From positions 31,558,001 through 31,622,000 of the forward strand of contig OZ024759.1 in NCBI GenBank assembly GCA_964016885.1: 64,000 nucleotides of DNA, given 5' to 3'. The DNA is from Eledone cirrhosa (lineage: Eukaryota). The position numbers were made by a program, and so were the translations under genes. Below the pieces are notes generated by a model that saw only the letters and a program-made list of their open reading frames with translations, ran no database searches and was not told the origin of the DNA. Of this stretch, positions 1-12,616 are shown one piece after another. Position 1 is the stretch's first letter; every line of letters starts with the position of its first letter.

Positions 1-23
1 TATATATACATATATATATATAC

Positions 24-70
<47 letters not shown>

Positions 71-81
71 CATATATATAC

Positions 82-118
<37 letters not shown>

Positions 119-159
119 CATATAATATAAGATCAAAAGATGGTTAAAGGAGTTCCATG

Positions 160-230
160 TATTTTATTATGCGCATTTCAAAAACAAACATCATCATGCA
201 ATAATATTTGTGTTTTCATCAGATAAAACA
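160..230 (-). ncRNA. Minimal hammerhead ribozyme motif (mirror copy in the fold-back)
   Basis: Reverse complement of 312-382 within the 147-bp inverted repeat. Confidence 0.68.
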
Positions 231-311
231 GGAGAACATGATATGAAGGCTAAAAAACACTTGTGGATGCACTATCCACAAGTGTTTTTTAGCCTTCATA
301 TCATGTTCTCC

Positions 312-382
312 TGTTTTATCTGATGAAAACACAAATATTATTGCATGATGATGTTTGTTTTTGAAATGCGCATAATAAAATA
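312..382 (+). ncRNA. Minimal type-I hammerhead ribozyme motif (Penelope-like-element type)
   Basis: Stem I tgttttat/ataaaata, CUGAUGA at 320-326, long stem II, GAAA at 363-366, palindromic stem III A-TGCGCA-T, predicted cleavage after A374. Confidence 0.7.
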
Positions 383-505
383 CATGGAACTCCTTTAACC
401 ATCTTTTGATCTTATATTATGTATACTCCAGTCCTACAAACTGTAGAGTGCTTCTTATCCGATATCTGCATATTGCTTTATTGTACTACAATAAAACTCA
501 CCTCC

Positions 506-544
<39 letters not shown>

Positions 545-1053
545 GTAAGAAACTGTCAGGTAAGCTGGACACCAGAAGATCACAGAGTACCAAACAGGTG
601 AAACCCAAATGTAACAAGACTCACTATTTAGCCTTAATAAAATTAATATAATTACATATAATGAAGATACGGGTGTGCTTGAATCTTACGTCATTGTATT
701 ATATATATTTAATTCAATTTAATAAATTAAATAAATTAAATAAAAATGGCGTAGGCATTACAATACAACGGGAGGAAACATAAGAGTACCACTGATGATG
801 TCACAGATGTGTGACGAAAGAACTATATATATTTATATCTGTATTTTTAACCGTTGGTCAATCAATGATAAATATTGATTGCCAGATAAATTAACTGTGG
901 AGATATAAAAGATACAGAAGCGAAAACCAACCCAAACCAAACAATGTGTGTGTTCTGTTATTATTTCTGGCATTATTATTATAACAATATGAACCTCCCC
1001 AAATATAGCAATATTTGTTTCAACACACGATTTCATATAAAAAAACCTTGCAA

Positions 1054-1093
<40 letters not shown>

Positions 1094-1127
1094 GACATAC
1101 CCATGAAAATCATACCTTATCGGATGG

Positions 1128-1169
<42 letters not shown>

Positions 1170-1468
1170 GTGAGGTTTTTTTACAAAATGAAAAATAACC
1201 GAGGTGTCCTACACGAGTGAAAGTATAAAGAAAAAAAGATGAAATCGAAAATGCAACTGGAGTCTTATTTTTTTTTAAATATATATATTTATTTAGTTCC
1301 TTTACCGGTTTCGCAGTTCTTCTGCTTTTCAGAATATATACACACAAAATATATATATATAACTATAAATCTTAGAAATACAATGCCATCACCTTGCCTC
1401 GTGTGATAGTGGCACTGAGTGCAACTCAGTCAATGCGCACCATCTTTCTAAGAGATAACTGCGATAAA

Positions 1469-1562
<94 letters not shown>

Positions 1563-1622
1563 TATCTATATGTATGTATATATGTATGTACATATATGTA
1601 GATATATATATATATACATATT

Positions 1623-1665
<43 letters not shown>

Positions 1666-2079
1666 TATACTGTCAGTCTCTCTCTCTCTCTCTCTCTCTC
1701 ACACCCCCCCACCCCCACCCACCTCTCTCTCCCTCTCCCCACCTCTCTCTCTTTCTCTCTCCCCACCTCTCTCTATCTATCTATCTCTCTCTTTCTCAAC
1801 AAGACTTCATCATTTCAACATTTACAATAATTTTTGTAACTCTCCAATTATTCTTCATTCTACAAAATGTATCGTTCACAGTAACAAGATTAATATCTCT
1901 TCCGAAGTAATTTACTTAACAATGATAACATGCCGAGTCTATTGTAATCACCCATTATGTTCGAAACCTAGAAGAATGGCTGACGTCGTCGACTCCATCG
2001 CTGGAATCGTCGTTAGTTCTTATTAGCTTAGCTTTTTTCTTGTTGTTTTCGTTGGGTTTTTATTTTATTTTTTTGCTGC

Positions 2080-2110
<31 letters not shown>

Positions 2111-2160
2111 GGTGGTGGTTGTTTTGTTTTTTTTTGCATATAATTTCATTTCCTCGACCA

Positions 2161-2161
2161 A

Positions 2162-2203
<42 letters not shown>

Positions 2204-2209
2204 AATCAT

Positions 2210-2245
<36 letters not shown>

Positions 2246-2480
2246 AATCATCATAATCATCATCACCATCATAATCATCATCACCATCATCATCATCATA
2301 ATCATCATCACCACCACCATCATCATCATCATCATCATAATCACCACCACCATCATCATCATCATCATCATAATCATCATCACCATCATCATCATCATCA
2401 TCATAATCATTATCACCATCATCATCATCATCATAATCATTATCACTATCATCATCATCATCATCATAATCATTATCACT

Positions 2481-2521
<41 letters not shown>

Positions 2522-3041
2522 AATCATCATAATCATCATCACCATCATAATCATCATCACCATCATCATCATCATAATCATCATCACCACCACCATCATC
2601 ATCATCATCATCATAATCACCACCACCATCACCATCATCATCATCATAATCATCATCACCATCATCATCATCATCATCATAATCATTATCACCATCATCA
2701 TCATCATCATAATCATTATCACCATCATCATCATCATCATAATCATTATCACTATCATCATCATCATCATCATAATCATTATCACTATCATCATCATCAT
2801 CATCATAATCATCGTCATCATCACTATCATCACCAGCATAATCACCATCATAATCATCGTCATCATCACTATCATCACCAGCGTCACCATCTTTATCACC
2901 ATCATCATCATCATCATCATCATCATCACCACCACCATCATCATCACCACCATCACCGCCATCACCACCATCATCATCATCACCATCACCACCATCATCC
3001 TCATCATCATCACCATCACCACCACCATCACCATCATCATC
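2161..3041. repeat. Compound (ATC)n/(ACC)n trinucleotide microsatellite with internal higher-order duplication
   Basis: Visible repeat; produces the poly-D, poly-I and poly-M ORFs. Confidence 0.95.
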
Positions 3042-3117
3042 TTTTTTCTCTTTTTCGTCCTTCTTTCTACCTATTTCGCTTGTCTTCACAACATAACAAC
3101 ATAGCAATGTGTATATT

Positions 3118-3209
<92 letters not shown>

Positions 3210-3576
3210 TGCTTTCTCTCTCCTCTCTCTCCCCTCTCTCTCTTTCTTTGTCTCTCTCTCCCTCCTCTCTCTCTCTTCTTTTTTTTTTACTTTTAGCTAT
3301 ATTATATTATTATTTACCGGCAGTATTGGTAGAGGGTTGGACTCCGTGCTTTACAGCACAGAGTTGCAGCCATTTATGGTCTGAGTTCAAATCCTGCCGA
3401 GGTTAACTTTGCCTTTCATCCTTACGGGGTCGATAAAATAAAACACCAGTAATGTACTGGGTATTTGCTGGCCTTGTGCCTAAAGTAGAAACAATTATTA
3501 TAATTATTGGAGTCTCAGTTAATCTTGATGTTATTTAACTGGAAAGTTTGTTCAAATGAACATCAAGCCACTACCT

Positions 3577-3980
3577 GCAGCCTCAGATATTCAGGACGTA
3601 TCGGAGGGTTCTTGCTGTTCCCAGCAAGCATGCCTTTTAAAGTGTTACAAAAAAAAAGGGGCTGGGCTAATGTTTTTTAACCATCCTTGAAAACTCTTCA
3701 AGATAGTACCTAGTGCTCCTATGACAATCGGGAAGACCTTGATCTCATGACAGTCCCAAATCCTTTTTAACTCCCACTTTAAATCTTGGTATTGGTTAAT
3801 TTTCTCCTTCTCCTTTTCTTGTACTCTTGTGTCAAAGGGGCAAGCTACATCCACAATCAGGCATGATCTTTTTTCCTAGTCCAAAACCACCAGGTCAGGC
3901 CTATTGTGTTCTACAGCACCTTCACCCGGTCGTTTTCTATCACCGACTCTGGCTTATGCTCATACCACTTCTCAGAATGT
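3577..3980 (-). mobile_element. Non-LTR retrotransposon 3' fragment with restriction-like endonuclease (R4/Dong-like)
   Basis: PDLVVLD*..CLIVDVACPFD...EKEKINQYQDL...PIVIGALG...KACLLGTARTLR; stop codons present. Confidence 0.8.
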
Positions 3981-4719
3981 GGTAAATTATTTAGTTTTCA
4001 TTATCATTATTATTATTCGGGGTGGATTGACAAAATCAGTAGAGTGTCGGTAACCATGCTGTGCGGTATATTACTACGTCCTTTTTAGGTTCTGACTTCA
4101 AATCCTACCGAGGTTAGCTTTGCGGAGCCAATCTCCCCTCCAGTTGTGAATACAACAGATTTCTTCAAGAGAAGAATACAAAATGAGAGAAAGGAAGTAA
4201 GAAAAAGATATACAGGAAGAACTGACCCCAGTACTTGACTGGTACTTCCTTCATTGACCTCGAAAGGATGAAAGGCAAAGTTGATCTCGGAGGGATTTGA
4301 ACTGAGAGTATAGAAAGCTGAAACGAATCCCGCAAAGTATTTTATCTGACGCTCTAACGACTCTGCCAATTCGCCACCTTCGCCGTCAATAGCAAAGTAT
4401 TAATTTTAAAAACTATTTTAAAAACGTGGGGGGGGGGGGGGGGGGGAACAGATAAATATTAAAAAATGTTTTTTTTTATTTGATGTTTGGCATTTCTTTA
4501 TTTTGAGTCATCAACGACAACAACATCGAAATAATATTTACATAAACAAAAAAAAACAACAATATCCACAAAAACAACAACAACAATACAACAATATCCA
4601 CATAAACAACAACAACAACAACATCTACACAAACAACAACAACAACAACAATTTCCATATAAACAATAACAACAACAACAACATCTAGACAAACAACAAC
4701 AACAATTTATCCCCAACTC

Positions 4720-5667
4720 CAGCTGCTGTGATCAACTTATCGAGTTTCTTGAGGACATCACCCGGATCACTGATGGCGGCTCATGGGTGGATGTTGTTTA
4801 CCTTGACTTTACTAAAGCTTTCAATTCTGTGCCACACAAAAGGCTTATGACAAAACTCTCTGCAATGGGCGTGAAGGATGATCTTTTTAACTGGTTGAAG
4901 TCTTTCATTCTCAGTCAAAGAGAGGTAGTCACAGTTCTAGGACAGCATTCCTCACCATATGAGATGTCATCTGGTGTACCACAGGGATCTGTTCTTGGCC
5001 CCCTTTTGTTTGTGGCATATATTAATGACATAGATGCCAACTTAAAGAATGCCACAGTACTGAAATATGCAGATGACATCAAGCTGTACCTTGAGATAAA
5101 AAGGACAGATTCTGTACACTATAGATCTTGCTTGCAGTCTGACCTGGACACAATGCAACAATGGAACTCAGACTGGCAAGTCAAGCTAGCTGTGGACAAG
5201 TGCACCACCATGCATTTTGGGAGTAAAAACCCAGCATCCACATACTCCCTCCACAGCACTAATATCAAGAAGTCTTCTTGTGAACGTGACCTGGGCATTA
5301 CGATCAGCAGCGATTTGCATTGGACGAAGCACGTCTCTAAAATTGTCAAGAGGGCTGAGGGTGTCTTAGAATCACTCAACAAGACCTTTGTCAGCCGCTC
5401 TCCAGCTATCTATTTAAAGCTGTATATAGCTATGGTGCAGCCACACTTAGAATTTGCATCACCAGTCTGGAACCCCTATCTTGCCCAGAACATTGACCTC
5501 AGAACATTGACCTTCTCTCCATACACATACACACATGTATATCATGACTCATACACTGTTCACTTCCCTGACATTTGTACATTATTCTATGTACTATACA
5601 TGCACCTTTGACGAGTTATAGTGCACCTGAGCACTGTACACAATAATTTCATCATTATTATTATTAT
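4720..5667 (+). mobile_element. CR1-clade LINE: truncated RT, internal deletion, 3' tail
   Basis: DVVYLDFTKAFNSVPH, SGVPQGSVLGPLLF, KYADD, ERDLG, PHLEFASPVWNP; tail gtgcacctgagcactgtacacaataatttc(att)n; inserted in an (AAC)n satellite. Confidence 0.92.
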
Positions 5668-6189
5668 TTAACAACAACAACATCTATACAAACAACAACA
5701 CAAACAACAACAACAACAACAACAACATCTACACAAACAACAACAACAACAACAATATCTATACAAACAACAACAGTCACCTGTATAAGTAGAAGATGAT
5801 TGTACAAGATGTGTTTATTGGTGTTATCATGTAATATGCATAATTTATTGCACTGATGCAGCAATGTAATTTTCATGAGAGATTATTTAATGACAATTAA
5901 ATGAATATAATCGATTTAATTGATTACGGTTCAGAGTTTTTATTCACATGATTGTAAATCTTCATAATGTCTTAGCTACAGGTTGTTATCTGTAATAGGA
6001 GGGGCGGGGGTCATGAGAGCAGAAAAAACTCTGCACAAATATATATATATGTGTGGGTATATATGTATATATGTATGTATGTATGTATATATGAATATAT
6101 ATATATATATATATGTATATATCATCATCACCGTTTTACGTCCGTTCTTCCACGCTAGCATATATATATATGAATAATGAATATTTATA

Positions 6190-6235
<46 letters not shown>

Positions 6236-6268
6236 TATTTATATATATATGAATAATGAATATTTATA

Positions 6269-6316
<48 letters not shown>

Positions 6317-6495
6317 TATTTATATATATATGAATATTTATATATATATAAATATATGTATATGTGAACATATATATATGTGTGAATATATATATATGTG
6401 AATATATGTATGTGAATATGTATATATGTGTGGGTGTGTGTGTGTAAATATATAAATATATATATATGTATATACATATATATATATGTAAATGT

Positions 6496-6576
<81 letters not shown>

Positions 6577-7185
6577 AATATTTAGAGACATATTTTAATT
6601 AATTAATTCATTAAAACCCATTTAATTGCGAATGTTAAAATAACTAGAAATAGATTCAGATATCTCTATGGAATAATTAATGTTTGTTTTGCTTTTATGT
6701 TTTTTCTGTGAGTTTTCATGGTTGTTTTTTTCTTAATATTTCAAATAGTAATCAGAGATTTTAGATAATTAGCAGATAGGCTGCGAATGTTAAAATTAGC
6801 ATCGCTGTCAAGACACAGGAGTAAAATTTGTGATTTTTTGTGTATGTTTTCAAGTATTTTTTTGAGGTTTTTTAGAGTGTATTTTTGATTTTTTTTTTTT
6901 CTTTACCATAGCCATATATTCTGTACTGACGAAGAATGTTTTCCTTTTTCAATTAATGCTATTTATAAGCACCTTTTGGCCTTTGGGTTAGGTTCAAAGT
7001 GTAATTGAAATCAATTATAACTAGCTTCTTACGTCACAATTTCCCTTCCATCAATGTTTTTTACTTTTTACGTCTATAATCGCTTGACCTGCTATAAATG
7101 ATAGCCAATTGTCTTTCATAGTTCACCCTATGGTCTGACCCATAGGCATGTGACATGTCGGTTAACGTTATTAGATTTGTGATTA

Positions 7186-7370
7186 GGGCGGTGGATTGGC
7201 AGTATTGGTAGAGGGTCGGACGCCATGCTTTCCAGCATAGTTACGTCCCTTTACGATCTGAGCTCAAATCCCGCCGAGGTTGACTTTGCCTTTCATCCTT
7301 ACGGGGTCGATAAAATAAAGTACCAGTAATGCACTGGGTAATTGCTGGCCTTGTGCCTAAAGTAGAAACA
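7186..7370 (+). mobile_element. tRNA-derived SINE (family A)
   Basis: A-box-like ggcggtggattggcagtattgg, B-box-like gctcaaatcc, body ctttgcctttcatcc...gtcgataaaataaagtaccag; similar copies at 3319-3493(+), 41126-41310(-), 49278-49454(+), 58746-58930(+); partial copies at 4020-4380, 42980-43180, 45060-45260, 51020-51280, 61945-62110. Confidence 0.85.
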
Positions 7371-7459
7371 GTTATTAGATTTGTGATTATATGGTCATCG
7401 GCTCAATTACCGGACCAGACCAGGTGGGATGAGGTGAGGTGCTACATTCATTTTTCTGA

Positions 7460-8198
7460 TACTCATGATAAAACTAGGGCTCCTGTCGTTAAAACACCTA
7501 AGGAATGGCTTATACAACCTCACAGAAAGCCAGATAAGCCTGCATAAGTGTCAACTGCAACAATAACAACAATAACATGATAAAATTGGGATTTCTATCA
7601 TTGAAACACCCGTGAAATTGCTTATACAAACTGCTAGAAGGCCAGGTAAGCCTGCATAAGTGTTACTATAACAGCAACAACATGAAAGGATTGGGGCTCC
7701 TACCATTAAAACACCTGAGAATCTGTTTATGCAACCTGGTAGAAATCCAGGTAAACTTACATAAGTGTGGACTGTAACAATGCATGAGAAGGCTGGAGTT
7801 CCTACCATTAAAACACCTGAGACTTTCTTTATACAACCTGGTAGAAATCCAGGTAAACCTACACAAGTATTACTATAACAACAACAATAACAACAACATG
7901 AGAAGGTGTGGGACCTATCATTAAAACACCTGAGAGTTTGTTTATATAACCTGGTAGAAATCCAGGTAAACCTACATAAGTGTTACTATAGCAACCACAA
8001 GAAGAACAACATGAGAAGGCTGGGATTCCTACCATTGAAACACATGAGACTTTCTTTATACAACCTGGTAGAAATCCAGGTAAACCTACACAAGTATTAC
8101 TATAACAACAAGAATAATAACAACATGAGAAGGTGGGGGAGCTATCATTAAAACACCTGAGACTTTATACAATTTGGTAGAAATCCAGGGAAGCCTGA
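7460..8198. repeat. ~115-120 bp minisatellite (dispersed family)
   Basis: Repeating cctaccattaaaacacctgag...tacaacctggtagaaatccaggtaaacctac units; relatives at 37885-38475 (reverse) and 52280-52690. Confidence 0.85.
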
Positions 8199-8496
8199 TT
8201 GTTTTGTGCTCACAACTTTATGGTTGTGAGCTGAACACTCTAACCACTACACCACTTACCTTCAACTGGTATATATTAATCAACTTATAATATCTATCCT
8301 AGTTCTTGTCTTTAATCTACTTTGTATGGGCTCTGTCCCACCATCCTGACTTTCACTTAATACGCAACAAAAGAAATTGAAATGTTCATAAGATGTATCA
8401 CAGACACAATAAGTTAAAGAATTTACACAGACACACATATATATATGTATACACAAACACACACAGACACGTGTGTATATATATATATATATATAT

Positions 8497-9867
8497 CATC
8501 ACCATCATCATCAACGTTTAACGTCCGTGTTCCACGCTTGCATGGGTTTGGACGGGGGTTTTCCCACTTGAGGCAAGAGTGATTGTCTTGCTCGTATAGG
8601 ACTGTCTGGCGGGTTTTCTACAGCTGGATGCCCTTCCTAACACCAACCACATTTACAGTGTGGGGCTGGGAGGTTTTTACCGTGTTGCCTACACGGCCAC
8701 ATTACAGCGTGGACTGTGTGTTTTTTTGTCGTGACACCTACACGATCTCATTTGTTTCGGCCTGGATGTTGTGGCACCAACATAACTTTACATTGAAAGG
8801 GGCGGTGCGGATGGGGTGGGGGTGGTGGGACGGGGGTGTATTTTGTTAGAGATGCCTACTGACTGTAGTAGGTTTTACTTTGTATTTAGGTAAGGCGGGT
8901 CTTCTCTATTACTGAGTAGCGCCAAAGGTCTCGGTCCAGTGACATTGTCTTGGAGAGGTGTAAGTGTGTGAGGTCGGAATTTATCAGCTCGTCCCAGGTT
9001 TTTCTGGGTCTGCCTACTCTGTGGCTACCGTCTATCTTTATTGCCCTGCACTTTGTTATACAGCTATTGTCTTTCATGCGCATCACGTGACCATACCAAC
9101 GTAGCCTTCTCTCGAGTAAACAACATCTGATCCCTCTTATTTCTAATTTTTTCCTTAGTTCGTTTATGCTTTGCCGTTCACGTATATTACTATTACACAT
9201 CCAGCGGAGCATGCAAGCTTCGTTCCTCTCTAGTCTGCGTATATCCTCTGCACACAATGCCCAGGTCTCACTGCCATGCAACATTGCTGTCCGTATGCAG
9301 GCATCATACAACCTGCCTTTCATTTTTAGGGAGAACCCTTTAGCGGCTAATAGTGGTATAAGCTCTCTGAACTTTTTCCATCCAGTTCTGACTCTAGCTA
9401 CTGTACTTTCAGAGCACCCTCCCCCACTGCTGATTTTGTCACCCAGGTAACGGAAGCTGTCCACTATTTCTATAGAACCCTCTGCGCAGTTGAAAGAGCT
9501 AGTATTTTGTGGGCACTTGCTGCTACTTATTGCACCAGAGCACCGGCCACATGTAAAATCTATGTTCTTAGTTAGCTTACCTGTGATCCCACTACATCTT
9601 TTATGCACCCATACTTTGCATTTGGGACATAAAATGGAGTTTCTACCTACGCCTTTCCTACACACTGAGCATGGCCACTTCCCGGAAGGGACCGCCGCCT
9701 TATTTTCTTTCTTACAAACTAGAACTTTAGTCTTAGCCAGGTTAATTTTAAGGCCTTTTGATTCTAGGCCGTGCTTCCATGTTTAGAATTTCTTCTCTAG
9801 CTCGGCCATTGATTCAGCTATGAGTGTTAGGTCATCTGCGTATAGGAGTTCCCATGGGCAGCCGGTC
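8497..9867 (-). mobile_element. RTE-clade LINE, 5'-truncated (RT C-half, Cys/His finger, 3' UTR, (GAT)n tail)
   Basis: GCPWELLYADDL near 9830-9862, FRYLG, MLHGSETW, RLRWYGHVMRM, GRPRKTW. Confidence 0.92.
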
Positions 9868-9884
9868 TTATATATATATATATA

Positions 9885-10398
9885 TATACATTTCGTTTCT
9901 GAATTTGTTTAGCAAGATTCTTTATCTGAAAACGTGTGCTGAAACCGATATTGTTATACTTTGGGAGGGTCATGTTGCCATTAAGGAACACACGCACCAG
10001 TTGCTTTCACTTCAATTTATTATAAATTAAATTTATAAATTTAAGTATTTATAAATTTCCGGCTGGTTGGTTGGTCCACAACCAGACGATTGTTCATATA
10101 TTGTCAAAGTTCTTTCGCCACACATTCTGTGACCTCTTCAGTGAAAACAAGATGGCATAGGACAGAACAAAGGAGAGGCACAAAAACAAAGAAAAGAGTC
10201 CCAATCACTGAAGATGTCACAGAATGTGTGACGAAAGAATTTTGACAATATATGAACAATCGTCTGGTTGTGGAACCAACCAACCGTAAATTTATAAATT
10301 CTTAAATTTATAAATTTAATTTATAATAAATTGAAGTGAAAGCAACTGGTGCGTGTGTTCCTTAATGGCAACATGACCCTCCCAAAGTATAACAATAT
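9885..10398. mobile_element. Putative Penelope-like terminal repeats in inverted arrangement
   Basis: Arms ~9948-10144 and 10205-10398 are reverse complements, each with a hammerhead-like core; single copy at 47343-47640. Confidence 0.6.
10205..10245 (+). ncRNA. Hammerhead-like motif of a second putative Penelope family (weak stem I)
   Basis: tca-CUGAAGA-t-gtcaca/tgtgac-GAAA-gaat-tt-tga; related copies at 10104-10144(-), 12700-12740, 47385-47427, 792-825. Confidence 0.45.
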
Positions 10399-11444
10399 AT
10401 ATATACATATATATATACAAACACATATACCCATGCTAGCGTGGAAGATGGACGTTAAACGATGATGATGATGATATATACATACACAGACACATTTATA
10501 TATATATATACACGCACACCTATAAATACACACATATATACACATACACATATACACATATATATACATATAGAGAGAGACACATATATATATATATATA
10601 GATACATACACATACATGGTGGCTGCCAACTCGTTTTCGAGTACGGCCACTACTTTATATCCATGTAGGAGAACCCCTACCAATGCGCTGAACAAGTGTG
10701 ACTTTTTAGTCCAGCCAGCGACTTGAAAACTGTGGTACAAACACTACACTTGTGACAATTATTGACACATAGTGCTGGGCCATGGTACCATGTGATGACA
10801 AGTGCAGAGAGATCTCCAGATACAAAGCAATGCCTGTGCCGTGAAGCTTTTATAGTGAGCAAAGGCACTGCACAAAGCCAGTCCCACTCTCTTAACCAAG
10901 ATGATATTTACCAAAAAGAAGAACAAGTCAACATCATTGGATACCATCAGGGTTGCAGGTGTTATATCAGAGTTTTCCTTCTCCTAGAATTCTGCCTTGA
11001 CAAAGGCTAAGGGGTCATCTCTCCCGGTGATTTTGGATGGCCATTGACTCTTAAGAGCTCCTTTATCCTTTGACAGATTTTGTTTTTAGTCCTATAGGAT
11101 GTCCAAAGTCACCCTCCTCACCAAGAAACCTTGGTGGGGTTGCCAGTTTAGTCGCCAACGACCCGACCATGGGACAGGTTGTACTGGGATACATGTTACC
11201 AGTAGCACCAAGTGGTAACCTGACACAACATACACACATATATACATACATTCATATATATATATATGCACTTATATATATATTTCAACACATATTTTAT
11301 TAAATTTTCCCTTCTCCATATCGTTGGCTTCGTTTACCAAAGATATTTAGTTAGGTCTAGGTGCCAATACAAATTCCTTAATTTCAGAGATTGCCTTTTT
11401 GACACATATATGGTAATAGCTTAGTCGCTTCTTCTTCTTGGTGT

Positions 11445-12616
11445 AGATATTGTTGTTGTTGTTGTTGTTTATTTGGATATTGCTGTTGTTGTTGTTTATT
11501 TGGATATTGTTGTTGTTGTTGTTTATTTGGATATTGTTGTTGTTGTTGTTTATCTAGATATTGTTGTTGTTGTTGTTGTTTATCTAGATAGTGTTGTTGT
11601 TGTTGTTGTTTATCTAGATATTGTTGTTGTTGTTGTTGTTTATTTGGATATTGTTGTTGTTGTTGTTTATTTGGATATTGTTGTTGTTGTTGTTGTTGTT
11701 TATCTAGATAGTGTTGTTGTTGTTGTTGTTTATCTAGATATTGTTGTTGTTGTTGTTTATCTGAATATTGTTGTTGTTGTTGTTGTTTATTTGGATATTG
11801 TTGTTGTTGTTGTTTATCTAGATAGTGTTGTTGTTGTTGTTGTTTATCTAGATATTGTTGTTGTTGTTGTTGTTTATCTGAATATTGTTGTTGTTGTTGT
11901 TGTTTATTTGGATATTGTTGTTGTTGTTGTTTATTTGGATATTGTTGTTGTTGTTGTTGTTTATTTGGATATTGTTGTTGTTGTTGTTGATCTAGATATT
12001 GTTGTTGTTGTTTATTTGGATATTATTGTTGTTGATGTTGTTTATCTAGATATTGTTGTTGATGTTGTTTATCTAGATATTGTTGTTGATGTTGTTTATC
12101 TAGATATTGTTGTTGTTGTTGTTGTTTATCTAGATATTGTTGTTGTTGTTGTTTATCTAGATATTGTTGTTGTTGTTGTTTATCTAGATATTGTTGTTGT
12201 TGTTGTTGTTTATTTGGATATTGTTGTTGTTGTTGTTTATTTGGATATTGTTGTTGTTGTTGTTGTTGTTTATCTAGATATTGTTGTTGTTGTTGTTTAT
12301 CTAGATATTGTTGTTGTTGTTGTTGTTTATCTAGATATTGTTGTTGTTGTTGTTGTTTATCTAGATATTGTTGTTGTTGTTGTTGTTTATTAGGATATTG
12401 TTGTTGTTGTTGTTGTTTATCTAGATATTGTTGTTGTTGTTGTTGTTTATCTAGATATTGTTGTTGTTGTTGTTGTTTATTTGGATATTGTTGTTGTTGT
12501 TGTTGTTTATCTAGATACTGTTATTGTTGTTGTTCTTTATCTAAATATTGTTGTTGTTGTTGTTTATCTAGATATTGTTGTTGTTGTTGTTGTTTATTTG
12601 GATATTGCTGTTGTTG
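11445..12616. repeat. Compound satellite (GTT)n-TAT(CTA/TTG)GATATT, 24-36 bp units
   Basis: Directly visible. Confidence 0.97.

Larger units (their letters stand above)
122..420. repeat. Inverted repeat with 147-bp arms and 5-nt loop; putative Penelope terminal-repeat fold-back
   Basis: 122-268 is the reverse complement of 274-420, loop gcact; single-arm relative at ~46870-47005. Confidence 0.9.

Noticed and set aside
1800-2030. Unique-looking stretch as a coding exon
   Set aside because: No recognisable protein in any frame and no clear splice-site pair
2028-3107. 359-aa Asp-rich ORF resembling acidic biomineralisation proteins, plus overlapping poly-I and poly-M ORFs
   Set aside because: Explained by the (GAT)n microsatellite; open in several frames, no signal peptide or convincing start
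7186-7275. tRNA genes
   Set aside because: A/B boxes run into multi-copy SINE bodies; no complete cloverleaf
10677-10780. C2H2 zinc-finger gene (CSVCTTVFKSLAGLKSH)
   Set aside because: Single degenerate finger resembling RTE-type LINE C-termini; no gene structure
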